From the IMG/VR virus record IMGVR_UViG_3300049215_000771, positions 248,001 to 312,000 of that record: a stretch of DNA of 64,000 bases. One strand, written 5' to 3'. A program made the translations under genes and the position numbers. Shown here piece by piece: positions 8,331-17,400 of this stretch. The notes under the pieces were generated by a model. It worked only from the letters and a program-made list of their open reading frames with translations. It made no database searches and was not told the DNA's origin. Each line of letters starts with the position of its first letter. Within the stretch, counting starts at the first letter, position 1.

Positions 8331-10047
8331 CGCCGCCATCGTCATCTCCCTTGTCATCGCCAAATCCGTGGTGCTTCGGTTTATCGAATCCGTGCTTCGG
8401 TTTATCGCCGCCGAAGTGGTGCTTGTTTTCTTCGTGATCGTCATCGCCCCCGAAGCCTGGTCGCTTCTCGTTCCTGCCGAAAGCTGGCTTCTTCGTATCT
8501 TCTTCATCCGGGCCGCTGTGTTTGCTTCCCTTCAGCTTGCCGACATTATCCTTCCAGCGGTTGGTAGAAAGATGGCGTTTGACATGATCGAACTCATGGC
8601 CGTGCGGTGCCCGACCCAAATGCTTGGTGTATGCAGGGTTGACAGACTTCTTGCCATCTTCGCCCTGGGTGTACGGAGACAAATCTTTGTCATCGTGACT
8701 CAAGAAGGCATCCGTCTCCGGGCCGACTTGCTTCGCCATTTGCAGCCACTCACGAATCTTGCTTTTGGTCAAGCCCGTGTGGGTGTTCTTCATGTCGTAG
8801 AACTGGTCAGGGTCATATTTGTTCTTTGCGCCCCAACTGTAGAGTTTCACCAGGTAAGCAATATCGCTGGCTTCTTGCTTGCTCCAGCCACCACCAATGA
8901 GCATGTTTTTTACATCTTCAGGCTCGTTATTGCGCAGTACCCAGGCCGGGGCGAGCCAACGGTCGCCACGAAAATCTTCTGGCATATCTTCTTCGTCAAA
9001 ATCAACGCCTGGAAAAACGGCGCTGAGAAGTCCAGTCTGCTTGAAAGACTTCATGTACTTGCGTGGGTCACTGTCCGGGTGTTCCAACCCATCCAGGAAC
9101 TCCTTGCGAACGTGGTCCTTCGGCACATCCTGAAGATCACGATGTCGTTCAAGGGCTTGTTTGTATTTGTCAGGAATCTTATCGGGGTTGCCGTAACGAT
9201 TTAGTTGCTTCATATAGCGCAGGGCCGTTGCCGGGTCTTCGCCTAGACGCTTGTTGAAATCACCAACAGCCACGACCTCGCCGTTCTTCAAGTGGTGAGC
9301 GCCGCCGTGAGGGTCCGTCAGTTCCGAGTTGTCGCCGTCTGCCGTGGTCAACGGAATGTACATAGCGTTCATCGTGAAGTCACGGTTCTGCGAATCATCT
9401 TCAATCGTGGATGCCGCTTCGCCTTTTTCTGCTTGTACTCGTCGGCTTTTTGGGTGTTTGCTGAGGGTGGCCAAGTCGAACTTTTCGCCGTTGATCTCGG
9501 CAGTCATTTCTATTTCCTTACCGGCTTTGTCCCAACGAGAAGCGTAGAAAATCTTGTTCTTTGTACCTGGGGCGGGGAGTTTGGCGTAGCGTTCATCCGA
9601 GGCATATTCGCCGCACCGTGGTTTTGTTTCGGTGAAGCCTGCATCGGGTTGAACGAGGATCATGCGCATTTCAGAAGGGGTGGCATCCGTCACCAGGTCG
9701 TAGTTCCTGGGGGTCTTTCCCTTCAGGTGGTCACGAACAGCACCACCTGTTAGCCACAGGTTCTTCTTCTTCAACTGTGGTTCTACTTCACCCTTGGTCT
9801 TCTCAATAGTCGTATAGCCAACGCCGACTTTATCGCTGTCGGTGAAGGCTTTGATGAGAAGTCGTAGGTTCGGGTGAGTCGTTCTGTTCACAGTGAACGG
9901 AGCGAACTCCTTGGAACCTTCAGTCTTCTGAAGTTTGATCTTGGACGTGATCTGAGGACGCTTCGGGCCTTCGCTGCCGCCACTGCTGCTGCTTCCGCCT
10001 TCCGCCTCTTCACGCAATGTGAAATACTTACCAAATAGGGTTTTCAT
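8320..10047 (-). CDS. Class II tRNA nucleotidyltransferase (CCA/poly(A) polymerase) homologue with altered catalytic motifs
   Basis: GGAVRD..NYDLVTDA, NRDFTMNAMY, EDPATALR; no HD domain; low-complexity acidic/His/Gly C-tail. Confidence 0.85.
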   Translation of the reverse strand: MKTLFGKYFTLREEAEGGSSSSGGSEGPKRPQITSKIKLQKTEGSKEFAPFTVNRTTHPNLRLLIKAFTDSDKVGVGYTTIEKTKGEVEPQLKKKNLWLTGGAVRDHLKGKTPRNYDLVTDATPSEMRMILVQPDAGFTETKPRCGEYASDERYAKLPAPGTKNKIFYASRWDKAGKEIEMTAEINGEKFDLATLSKHPKSRRVQAEKGEAASTIEDDSQNRDFTMNAMYIPLTTADGDNSELTDPHGGAHHLKNGEVVAVGDFNKRLGEDPATALRYMKQLNRYGNPDKIPDKYKQALERHRDLQDVPKDHVRKEFLDGLEHPDSDPRKYMKSFKQTGLLSAVFPGVDFDEEDMPEDFRGDRWLAPAWVLRNNEPEDVKNMLIGGGWSKQEASDIAYLVKLYSWGAKNKYDPDQFYDMKNTHTGLTKSKIREWLQMAKQVGPETDAFLSHDDKDLSPYTQGEDGKKSVNPAYTKHLGRAPHGHEFDHVKRHLSTNRWKDNVGKLKGSKHSGPDEEDTKKPAFGRNEKRPGFGGDDDHEENKHHFGGDKPKHGFDKPKHHGFGDDKGDDDGGDEE

Positions 10048-10081
10048 GTATCCTTCCCAATCGAGATAACAGCGTCTATGT

Positions 10082-10088
10082 TATTTAC
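10082..10088 (-). promoter_or_regulatory. Putative late-promoter motif GTAAATA
   Basis: About 35 nt upstream of the CCA-like start. Confidence 0.45.
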
Positions 10089-10127
10089 TCTTTGCCAGAC
10101 TTTTTTCCCGAACGACCTGGGAAAATG

Positions 10128-10592
10128 TCATGGTGTTGGCGGCGCTTGCCAGCCAAACTTGTAGAGTAGATAGCCGCCCAAAATCATGAACAAGACCTTC
10201 AAGACCCAATCGAAGATTTGATTCATGCGTGTGTCGTGGTGAGATGTCTTGAGTTGGATTCCTTCCAGCTTCAATTCCATCACTTGCAACTTACCTTTCA
10301 ATTCTTCTACCTTGTTTTGGAGGAGATCAAGTTCTTTCTTGGTTTCGCCTGTGACATCTTTCGTTTCGAGGATGGTAAGTCGTTGGGTTACGGAGTGTTG
10401 TAGTTCCATGAATTTATCCAATCGCTCGTCGAGAGCATTCTGTCTTTCTACTAGCATCTTGACCCGTTCATCTATCCTTGACGTAAGATCGAACACCAAC
10501 TTAATGGATTCAGACACCTGGGTATAAAACTGCTCTGCAATCAAGGCTTTTTCTTCCGTGCTTGTGCTTCGAGTGGGCATATTTCCATCCAT
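10128..10592 (-). CDS. Coiled-coil protein with C-terminal TM helix (XhlA/holin-like architecture)
   Basis: Long heptad pattern followed by WVLKVLFMILGGYLLYKFGW. Confidence 0.6.
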   Translation of the reverse strand: MDGNMPTRSTSTEEKALIAEQFYTQVSESIKLVFDLTSRIDERVKMLVERQNALDERLDKFMELQHSVTQRLTILETKDVTGETKKELDLLQNKVEELKGKLQVMELKLEGIQLKTSHHDTRMNQIFDWVLKVLFMILGGYLLYKFGWQAPPTP

Positions 10593-10608
10593 TCTTCTGA
10601 GGTAGCGA

Positions 10609-10620
10609 CTACATATCTAC
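10609..10620. promoter_or_regulatory. Putative bidirectional late-promoter motif
   Basis: CTACATA (+, 10609-10615) and GTAGATA (-, 10614-10620) in the 31-bp gap between divergent genes. Confidence 0.5.
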
Positions 10621-10623
10621 ACC

Positions 10624-11142
10624 ATGAACGATGAACTTAAAACCGCCCAGGCTGAAGAATCGTCTCCTTTGGAAGAAATACCAACCACCAAAGGCGAACT
10701 TATCGAAGATGATCTCGATGACATTGAAAGCCTCATGCCCACCATGAATGTTGCTGTGCCCCAAGGAATGGTTCAAAAAGCTGAGATCATTTCAGACACT
10801 CAGCTTACCGGCATCTACGACGAAATCCTCACAATGCTTCGTAAGGAACACGAACAAGTAACAGATTACATTGACAACTTTGCCGAAATGGTTATCAACG
10901 GCGGCGATCCCAGCACATCTAGCAAAGAAGCACTGGTCAACCTCGTGAAGATCAGGACTGACATCCCCGACAAGATGGTGAAGGTTGCTGACTTGATGAC
11001 CCGGCTCAAGATGAAAGACCCCAACACCTACAAGCCATACTTAAACGCCCATCAGACCAACAACGTAGTGATTGGCGACACGACTGGCGAGCGGCGAGCC
11101 ATTTTGGACCATATCAAGAAGGCGAAGAAGAAGAATAAATAA
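10624..11142 (+). CDS. Hypothetical protein, weakly reminiscent of T4-type small terminase
   Basis: Acidic N-terminus, two helices, then TNNVVIG and a basic tail; resemblance only. Confidence 0.35.
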   Translation: MNDELKTAQAEESSPLEEIPTTKGELIEDDLDDIESLMPTMNVAVPQGMVQKAEIISDTQLTGIYDEILTMLRKEHEQVTDYIDNFAEMVINGGDPSTSSKEALVNLVKIRTDIPDKMVKVADLMTRLKMKDPNTYKPYLNAHQTNNVVIGDTTGERRAILDHIKKAKKKNK

Positions 11143-11224
11143 CGGCTACTAACATATCATGTCATCAATTTGAAAGGGGTATGACATGAAACCAGTGTGG
11201 CCTCCTCAGCCAAAGGTAAGGAAA

Positions 11225-12565
11225 ATGAAGTTCAATACTAATAGTTGGTTCAAGCGAAAACTTCTCGAAGCTGGCGATCCTGCCGGCAACGCAGATGGCA
11301 ACCCGCCAATGGGCAACATGGGCGGCGGTCCAGGTGGGTTTGGTGCTGCGCAACCGCCACAGCCAGGACAAGACCCGAACGTAGCAAATCCAGCGATGGC
11401 GAAAACCCCCGACGCCGGCCAAGGTCCAAACGATCCATCCAAATCAGGCCAACAACCCGATGTTTCCGGTGATCCTGCGGCTCCTGACATGCCGGATGAA
11501 GGCGACGAGATGGACTTTGAGCAGTGGAAGGACTCGTACTTCAAAGAATCCGTCAAGGGCGATGTCAACAAACTGATTGACATGATCCATCAAGTTCGTG
11601 ATCTCGAACTCGACCCATATCCACGGAAGTTTGTTGAGGACAATTTGCAGATCGTTTTCTTGCGCCAGAACGCCAACATTGACAAGGCCAGCAAGGAAAT
11701 CCGCAAACTCATCAAGCAGGAACTCGATCAGAACAACCCATCTACAACCCTGGTCAACCATATCACCACTGTTCTCCAGCAGATGCCAGAACTTAGTAAT
11801 GTGTTCATCAAGTTGAAAGGGTTGCTGGGCATGAAGGGCGATTTGCATCGTAAATACATTGCCGCTTTGATTGGTGGTGTTCAGGTCGGCACGGGCGGCA
11901 ACGCCGAAGATGTAATCTACAACGAGAAAGACTACTCGATCCGTGTCTCCACCAGGTACAACGACCGCTGGGGCCGAGTTGACATCGGCAAATGGGCGTT
12001 GCGTGAAGACGACCCGGAGCGTTACCTGTCCGAGCCTGAGTTGAAGCGATTGGAAGGTGAAGGTTCGCCGGGTGAGAAGGAAGAACTGCGCAAGCGCATC
12101 GTTGTGGAATCCATCGCCGAGCAGTTCAAGCAAAGGGCGTTCATTGTGAACGTCGTTGGCAAGAACGGAACTGTCTACACCCTGGGCTGGGACTTGGCTG
12201 GCAGTTTGAAGGCCGCTTACACGGCGGGCAAGCTGGTAGTGAGAACCATTCAGGCCGAGAACTCGGACTCCATGATTACGGATGACGGAGAGATCATTCC
12301 GTATGTTGACATCAAAGTTCGCTATATGAAGGAAACAGGCGGACAGGATGAGGATGGCAAGCCTGAGAAGGAAGAACACGATTTCCTGGAAAGGATTGAC
12401 GGCACCTTGTTCCTTACTTCTCGATTCAACATTTTGCGTGAGGCGGCATCCAGCTTCCAGGGTATTGTGTTGAAAGAAACCCCCTACACCGGCAACCCTT
12501 CTGACTTGAGGGTATTGCAGCGGTGTGTGCCGAGCGCTCCTGAAATTTTACTGAGGCAGTGCTAA
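11225..12565 (+). CDS. Hypothetical virion/prohead-associated protein
   Basis: MKFNTNSWFKRKLLEA leader, Pro/Gly/Asp-rich linker, then a globular region; upstream ATG 11186 also possible. Confidence 0.65.
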   Translation: MKFNTNSWFKRKLLEAGDPAGNADGNPPMGNMGGGPGGFGAAQPPQPGQDPNVANPAMAKTPDAGQGPNDPSKSGQQPDVSGDPAAPDMPDEGDEMDFEQWKDSYFKESVKGDVNKLIDMIHQVRDLELDPYPRKFVEDNLQIVFLRQNANIDKASKEIRKLIKQELDQNNPSTTLVNHITTVLQQMPELSNVFIKLKGLLGMKGDLHRKYIAALIGGVQVGTGGNAEDVIYNEKDYSIRVSTRYNDRWGRVDIGKWALREDDPERYLSEPELKRLEGEGSPGEKEELRKRIVVESIAEQFKQRAFIVNVVGKNGTVYTLGWDLAGSLKAAYTAGKLVVRTIQAENSDSMITDDGEIIPYVDIKVRYMKETGGQDEDGKPEKEEHDFLERIDGTLFLTSRFNILREAASSFQGIVLKETPYTGNPSDLRVLQRCVPSAPEILLRQC

Positions 12566-12780
12566 TGTGTTGCTGTTTTGGTGGCTGTTTGAGTTCCGGC
12601 AGGGAGAAGTACCATGAAGGATGGGTTGTTTTGTACAACAAAGGCAACCCCGTTCCTTACTTGACGAGTACATGGTCAGACTACCCGCCGAAGTATTTCA
12701 AAACGAAGGAAGAAGCCGAGGCAGTGTGCCAGGCTTTGAGATTCGGCGGCTGGGCCGCAAAAGGAGGAGTATGCCAGTAA
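12565..12780 (+). CDS. Small hypothetical protein
   Basis: TAATG coupling to the upstream gene and overlap with the downstream start. Confidence 0.4.
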   Translation: MCCCFGGCLSSGREKYHEGWVVLYNKGNPVPYLTSTWSDYPPKYFKTKEEAEAVCQALRFGGWAAKGGVCQ

Positions 12781-13256
12781 CAATGTTCATGGAATTCGTT
12801 GACCGCCAACAACGGGAATCGAGAAGGCATCTCAAGATCATGGAGAAACTTCTCAAAAGCCAAGGTATGCAGGTGAAGTCCCATCTTGAAGACGAAGACC
12901 CCTACATTTTCGTCAAAACAACTACACCAAGGCTGAGTTTTGACGGCATCAGAATCTACGAGATAGGCGAAGCCCTTGCCTATCGGGTCGTGAAAGAAGA
13001 AAAAACTGAACCTTACGGCAAGGCGTACTCATTGAATCTTGAACAAATGTTCAACGATTTCATGAGTGAAAACAAGATGGAATCGGAGCAAGCGGGCAAG
13101 AAGGTAATCGAGAGTGTTTTGAACGAGTTGAAGAAATTCTTCGACAAAAGTGCAACAGCCGAGAAGGAATTGAAAGCTGGCGACTTGGATGGGACTGGCA
13201 TCATCCTGAGAACAGGTGGTACGGATTACTCCAGCCTGGTCTTCAACAAGCCATAA
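12771..13256 (+). CDS. Hypothetical protein
   Basis: AGGAGGAG RBS before ATG 12771; followed by a terminator. Confidence 0.7.
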   Translation: MPVTMFMEFVDRQQRESRRHLKIMEKLLKSQGMQVKSHLEDEDPYIFVKTTTPRLSFDGIRIYEIGEALAYRVVKEEKTEPYGKAYSLNLEQMFNDFMSENKMESEQAGKKVIESVLNELKKFFDKSATAEKELKAGDLDGTGIILRTGGTDYSSLVFNKP

Positions 13257-13261
13257 AGCTG

Positions 13262-13325
13262 ACCGGGGCTGAGACTAGCTGAAGGCATTTTTGTGCCTCT
13301 TAATGCTGTCTCAGCCCCGGTTTTT
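13262..13325 (+). terminator. Terminator-like long stem-loop
   Basis: 14-bp stem accggggctgagac/gtctcagccccggt around a 32-nt structured loop, followed by TTTT. Confidence 0.7.
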
Positions 13326-13366
13326 CGTGTTTCTAGGGCTTCCTATTGAAGATTAGTCAGCCCCGT

Positions 13367-13831
13367 TCAGCCCCCACCGCCCCGTCGAACCGCCTGCTGA
13401 ACCATCTGCTTCAGTTGGCCCACTTCAACAGGGCTAAACTCCGAAGAAAGCGACTCAATTCTTTGAAGAAGTTCGTTGCCCTTGGCAACTGAACAAGAAT
13501 ACCCATTCAAGGTCCGAGCCACCATCTCGTAGTTAGTTTCCCACTCGGTCCCAGGAAATCGGTCAGGTCGCCTGGGCAGTTTGCGACAACAAGAGTAGCA
13601 CCGCTGCGGCCCGATGTAGCCACCACGATCCCCACCTGAACGAAGTTCCAGTGGCGTCCAGCAATACAAGCACCCGGTCATCATGAATTCCAGGCCGACC
13701 ACCGACCAGAATCCAACTTCGGCCTCCAAACCCATGAAGGTGTGATTGCACTTCCGGCAGGTAAATTCCCGAAAGCGGCTTGCGCCGCCTATCTTTACGC
13801 CTGCCTTGCACTTCGGACAAATCAGTTTCAT
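13367..13831 (-). CDS. Zinc-ribbon protein in an oppositely oriented insert
   Basis: CPKC, CRKC, CLYC and CYSC pairs; AAGGGGAG RBS before MKLICPKC; own promoter. Confidence 0.7.
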   Translation of the reverse strand: MKLICPKCKAGVKIGGASRFREFTCRKCNHTFMGLEAEVGFWSVVGLEFMMTGCLYCWTPLELRSGGDRGGYIGPQRCYSCCRKLPRRPDRFPGTEWETNYEMVARTLNGYSCSVAKGNELLQRIESLSSEFSPVEVGQLKQMVQQAVRRGGGG

Positions 13832-13901
13832 GGTCCGTTCTCCCTTTCGCAAGGAAGACCGTGGGAACTTCCCAGGGTTCGGAATTTTTCTCCCTCCTTC
13901 G

Positions 13902-13929
13902 ATGATACGCCGTTTTTGCCAGTTGTAAA
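13902..13929 (-). promoter_or_regulatory. Sigma70-type promoter for the zinc-ribbon gene
   Basis: TTTACA-16 bp-TATCAT; shares aaacggNg-tatcat with the lysS promoter. Confidence 0.65.
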
Positions 13930-13931
13930 GC

Positions 13932-13938
13932 CTAGATA
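13932..13938 (+). promoter_or_regulatory. Putative late-promoter motif CTAGATA
   Basis: 5 nt before ATG 13944, with no SD. Confidence 0.45.
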
Positions 13939-13943
13939 ACGCA

Positions 13944-14474
13944 ATGAACCCGAATCTTTTCCAGACGCTCGAACAGTGCTTGAAGAACAACAACGCCCTG
14001 GCCGGGCCGACAACTCCCGTCATCCAGAAGGGAAGTCTGGTGAAGTTTGGCTACCTGTACGCAAAGCCAGGTCACGATCAAACACCGATGGTTTTGATTA
14101 CCGACATCTGGCCGGCGTACATCAGGGGGTTGAATCTGAACTACTTGACGTTTCCGATTATCAAAGGGTTGTTGCAACAGTTCGGGGAGAAGCCGACGTT
14201 CTCGTATCAGAACATCAAAGGTCAGGACTACATAGTATCAGCATTTCGCCAATACAAACGTCCTGGCATCAGCGCCATCCAGAAGCTAAACAGCCCTTTC
14301 TTACTGAACGCACTCGCTTGTGCCCGCTCCACTGATCCAAGCGAAGTCGAACAGATGAGAAAAGTCATTCGTGACCAGCTTCGTCAGCAGACTAACCCTT
14401 CTGCGGCTCCTTCTGCCGAGATGCCTGTTGGTGGAAATCCCACCCAACAACAGCCTCCAGCGCCAGGAGTTTGA
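13944..14474 (+). CDS. T4 gp2-like DNA end protector protein
   Basis: VKFGY..DQTPMVL..IRGLNLNYL..SYQNIKG..AFRQYK resembles the gp2 family pattern D-x-x-P-L...GLNLHY. Confidence 0.6.
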   Translation: MNPNLFQTLEQCLKNNNALAGPTTPVIQKGSLVKFGYLYAKPGHDQTPMVLITDIWPAYIRGLNLNYLTFPIIKGLLQQFGEKPTFSYQNIKGQDYIVSAFRQYKRPGISAIQKLNSPFLLNALACARSTDPSEVEQMRKVIRDQLRQQTNPSAAPSAEMPVGGNPTQQQPPAPGV

Positions 14475-14498
14475 AAATGCGAACTAATTTAGGTAGAC

Positions 14499-17400
14499 AT
14501 GGCACAAGTTCTTGACAGTTTTGGGCGTGCTGCTGAAGACGCAACAATGAGTCTGAAGCAGCTTCGTGAGTTAATCAAGTCGTTGGCTCAGGGCAAAGTT
14601 GGCCCGCCAACGTCTCCTGGACAGGCTGCGCAAGATGCTGGCGTAAAGATGCCGATGCCGACCCCGGATGTCAAGCCCGATCCAAACAGTGTCGATCCCA
14701 AAGTCATTGAAGAAATGCGTGACATTTTGAAGGAGTACAAGAAGGATTGGGACAAGGAAACAGATGATGCCAAGAAGCACGTCGAGGACACTGTTGATCT
14801 CCTGAAAAACATCGACCAGGCCAAAGAAGCAAAAAGCAAGCAACCCAAGGGTGTGGGGAAAGACAAACCGAGCAAAGAAGATGTCTCGATGGAGCATTCT
14901 CTTGCTCAGTTGGCGCATCATGGACTGAAGAAAGGTTCGATCCAGACGGCAGATTGGAAGATGTTCTCGCACGTTGTCAAGGCGGACGGCATCACACAGT
15001 CAAAGCTGGAACAAATCGTGCAGCTACTTGACAAGAGCGCCAAAGTTTCCAAGGGTATCAAGCCCGGCACATTCAAGGTTGAAACCGACTTGAACCTGTC
15101 TACAGTGAAAAAGCAAGTCGAGAAGGAAGCCCCCGGTGCTTACAAGGCTGGCAAGACAAAACGAGACGACAGCTACTCGGCTCACCCAGCGCACAAAGCC
15201 CTGGCCGAGATGCGACTTGAACCATTGGTGCGTGAACTTTCCTTCATGAAGGAAGTCCTCACGAGTATAACTGGCGTGCTGGATAAGATGCAGGATGCCT
15301 TCTTTGGCTTCAAGGTCGGCGAGACGTTGTTCAAGGGTATTGTCAAAGAAGAAACCAAGTTCATCCGTGATGCCCGTGCTGCCGCCTACGAGACAGCCGG
15401 AATCACTAAGGAAACTCGTGCCCTGCAACGAGCCTACGAAGACATCGGCACAACTGCCGCCATCACGGGCTTCAATCGTACCGAGTACCAGAAAGCCTAC
15501 CTGAAGACCTTGAAGCGTGGCATCAAGGATTTGGGCACGGTCAACAAGATCACCCAGGCTCAACTCAACACCGAAAGCCAGATCGGTGTCGAGGCCGGTA
15601 CTTTGAGCGATGAGTTCGCCAACTGGCACACGCAGATGAGGTTCAACGCTGGCCAGGTTGCCGAAATGGGACGTGGAGTTCGTGATGTTGCCAAGTTCAC
15701 TGGCATCACTGGCGAGAAGCTGGCACAAGCCGTCAAGAGCAGTGAGCAGTTCATGACGACGATGCGCAACGCCGCCACATTGACAGCTTCCGCAGCGAAG
15801 AACATCATCGAGATTCAGGCTGTTTCTCAGAAGATGGGTACTGCTGACACAATGGCCCCGCTCATGAAGGCCATGACCAGTACCAACAATTTGATCCGAG
15901 AGGCATCCAACCAGACTCGTGCCTTGTTGATTAACGCCGCCGCCAAGGTTGGTCGTGTTCGTGAATTGATGATGGGCACCATCCTCCAGTCCAAGGCCGG
16001 TATCAAGGACATGGCGAAGGGTTTGGAGGCTAACCTCCGCATGTTCGGCGTCAATAGCATCGAAGAAATCGACAACCTGAGCGACGAGGCCAAGCAGCGG
16101 CTTAACCTCCAGTTGAAGGCTGCTTTTGGCATTGAACTTGGAGAGATGCGTCAAACCATCGAAACCCTGAAGGAAGCTGGCAAGGGTTTGGGCGACCGCA
16201 TCGCCGACATCAACAAGAAACTACAACAAAACGTCACCATCGAGGAGCGTAAGGCTTTGGAAGAACAGAAGCGGGCTATGACCGCTTCTGCCAGCTTGTC
16301 GGTTTTGAACGCCCTGGACGAAGCAGCCAAGGGTGCCCAGGACATGAACCAGGCTCTCGCCAAGTTTGGCACTCGCCGCAAGCAGTTCCAGGATGACCTG
16401 AACGCAATGGGTATCACCGCTACGGACAACGCTGATGTTGCCCGTCAAGCCATCGGTACGGCCCTCGCCAACATCAACCAGTCTTTGAAGGCTGGCGGTA
16501 AGCAGGAACTCAAGATCGACTCGTCGCAGATTGAGAAGGCACTGCAAGACCCGGTTGCGTTCCGTGAGCTACAAGCACAACTGACCAAGGCTGAACAACA
16601 AGCAGCAACGGCTGCCAAGGCCCAGCTTGATCCGGTGTCGGAGATCAGACAGAAAGTCAACGAGATCAACGACAACATCAGGAATATGAGCCAGAACGTC
16701 ATCAGCAAGCTGATGAATAGTATGTTGGGCAAGTTGGCCTTCATCGCCATTGCCATCATGTCTGTCGTGTCAACGGTTGGATTGTTCCTGATCGGGTTGT
16801 ATATGCTCAAGAGGGAACTTGGCACCATGTTGCAGTTCGTCGGGCCGTCCCTGATGAAGATATTCGATCTATTCAAGTCAAAGTTGTTCGGAGGCGGTCC
16901 AACGACCCCGGCTCCTAAAGGACCGACCACACCTGATGCCGCACTCGATATTGTGGATAAGAGGAAGAAGGAAGGAAAAGAAAAAACAACTGAAGCAGAG
17001 AAAAAAACCAAAACTCCTTGCGATCCATGTCCACTGCTCACAGAAATAGTCAAATTGTTGAGTGCTATCAAGGATTGTGTTTGCCAGGGTAAGGAACCGA
17101 CCATCAAAACTGCTGTTGTTGATTCCAAGGGCAAGATCATTCCTGAAGAAAAACGGGCCGAGGCTGCTGCTGGGATGAACAAGTACCAGGGCATGACACA
17201 AGAGCAAAAAGCGACAGAAAAACTGAAGGAACGCAAGGGAGTCACGACCCCAACTGCGGCTCTGCCGACTCCGCAGACGCTACCGAAAGCTACAGAAACA
17301 ACGGCTGCAATGCCCAAGAAGGCGGAAGCTGCTGCTGGCGCTGCGGCCACGGCGGTCAAAGAAAAAACAACTTGTGACACCTGCCCAATCCTGAAAGAAA

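Noticed and set aside
8122-9204. 360-aa plus-strand ORF
   Set aside because: Shadow of the CCA-like gene.
13257-13366. Structured intergenic region as a tRNA
   Set aside because: No D-loop or T-psi-C (GTTC) signature and no cloverleaf; the same holds for 57980-58041.
12771-14474. Tail assembly chaperone with programmed frameshift upstream of the TMP
   Set aside because: No overlapping G/GT-type ORF pair or convincing slippery site; the adjacent gene looks gp2-like.
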